The position numbers and the translations under genes were made by a program. Shown one piece after another: positions 63,847-64,000 of a stretch of DNA of 64,000 bases. Source of the stretch: Octopus sinensis (Eukaryota). Location of the stretch: positions 7,130,001-7,194,000 of the forward strand of contig NC_043011.1 of the NCBI RefSeq assembly GCF_006345805.1, in the 5' to 3' direction. Within the stretch, counting starts at the first letter, position 1. Every line of letters starts with the position of its first letter. The notes beneath the pieces are model-generated. The model had not been told where the DNA came from, ran no database searches, and was given only the letters and a program-made list of their open reading frames with translations.

Positions 63847-64000
63847 GTATGAATTGCTTTGATTTTCTTCAGAAATATTGGTTTCAGATTTTGGCACAAG
63901 GCCAGCAATTTGTGGGGGGGGGGCAGTCAATCACATCAATGCCAGTGCTCAGCTGGTGCTTATTTCATCAACCCCAAAAGGATGAAAGGCAAAGTCAACC

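Overview
AT-rich, repeat-dense animal genomic DNA; the SINE, RTE and CR1 families and microsatellite load look cephalopod (Octopus-like; inference). Two intron-rich genes run head-to-head about 3.8 kb apart, and the ORF track largely misses both. (1) On the minus strand are seven exons of a CFAP69 orthologue (ATG at 43574, continuing past the left edge), with a perfect RFX X-box upstream and a U12-type minor intron between exons 3 and 4. (2) On the plus strand are four exons (47359 to 63846, continuing right) of an uncharacterised type II membrane protein with six ectodomain cysteines. Introns hold a Ty3/Gypsy gag-pol fragment with an intact -1 frameshift signal, RTE and CR1 LINE fragments, several tRNA-derived SINE families, Helitron-like elements, Tc1/hAT/foldback MITEs and two recent microsatellite-bounded tandem duplications that may be assembly artefacts. 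The most unusual signal is a set of about five unrelated short repeat families that each carry a minimal hammerhead-ribozyme core of Penelope type. One of them is fused to a tRNA/Pol III head and sits as a 484-bp head-to-head palindrome. Gene identities come from recalled homologous sequences and splice-phase consistency, not from a database search.
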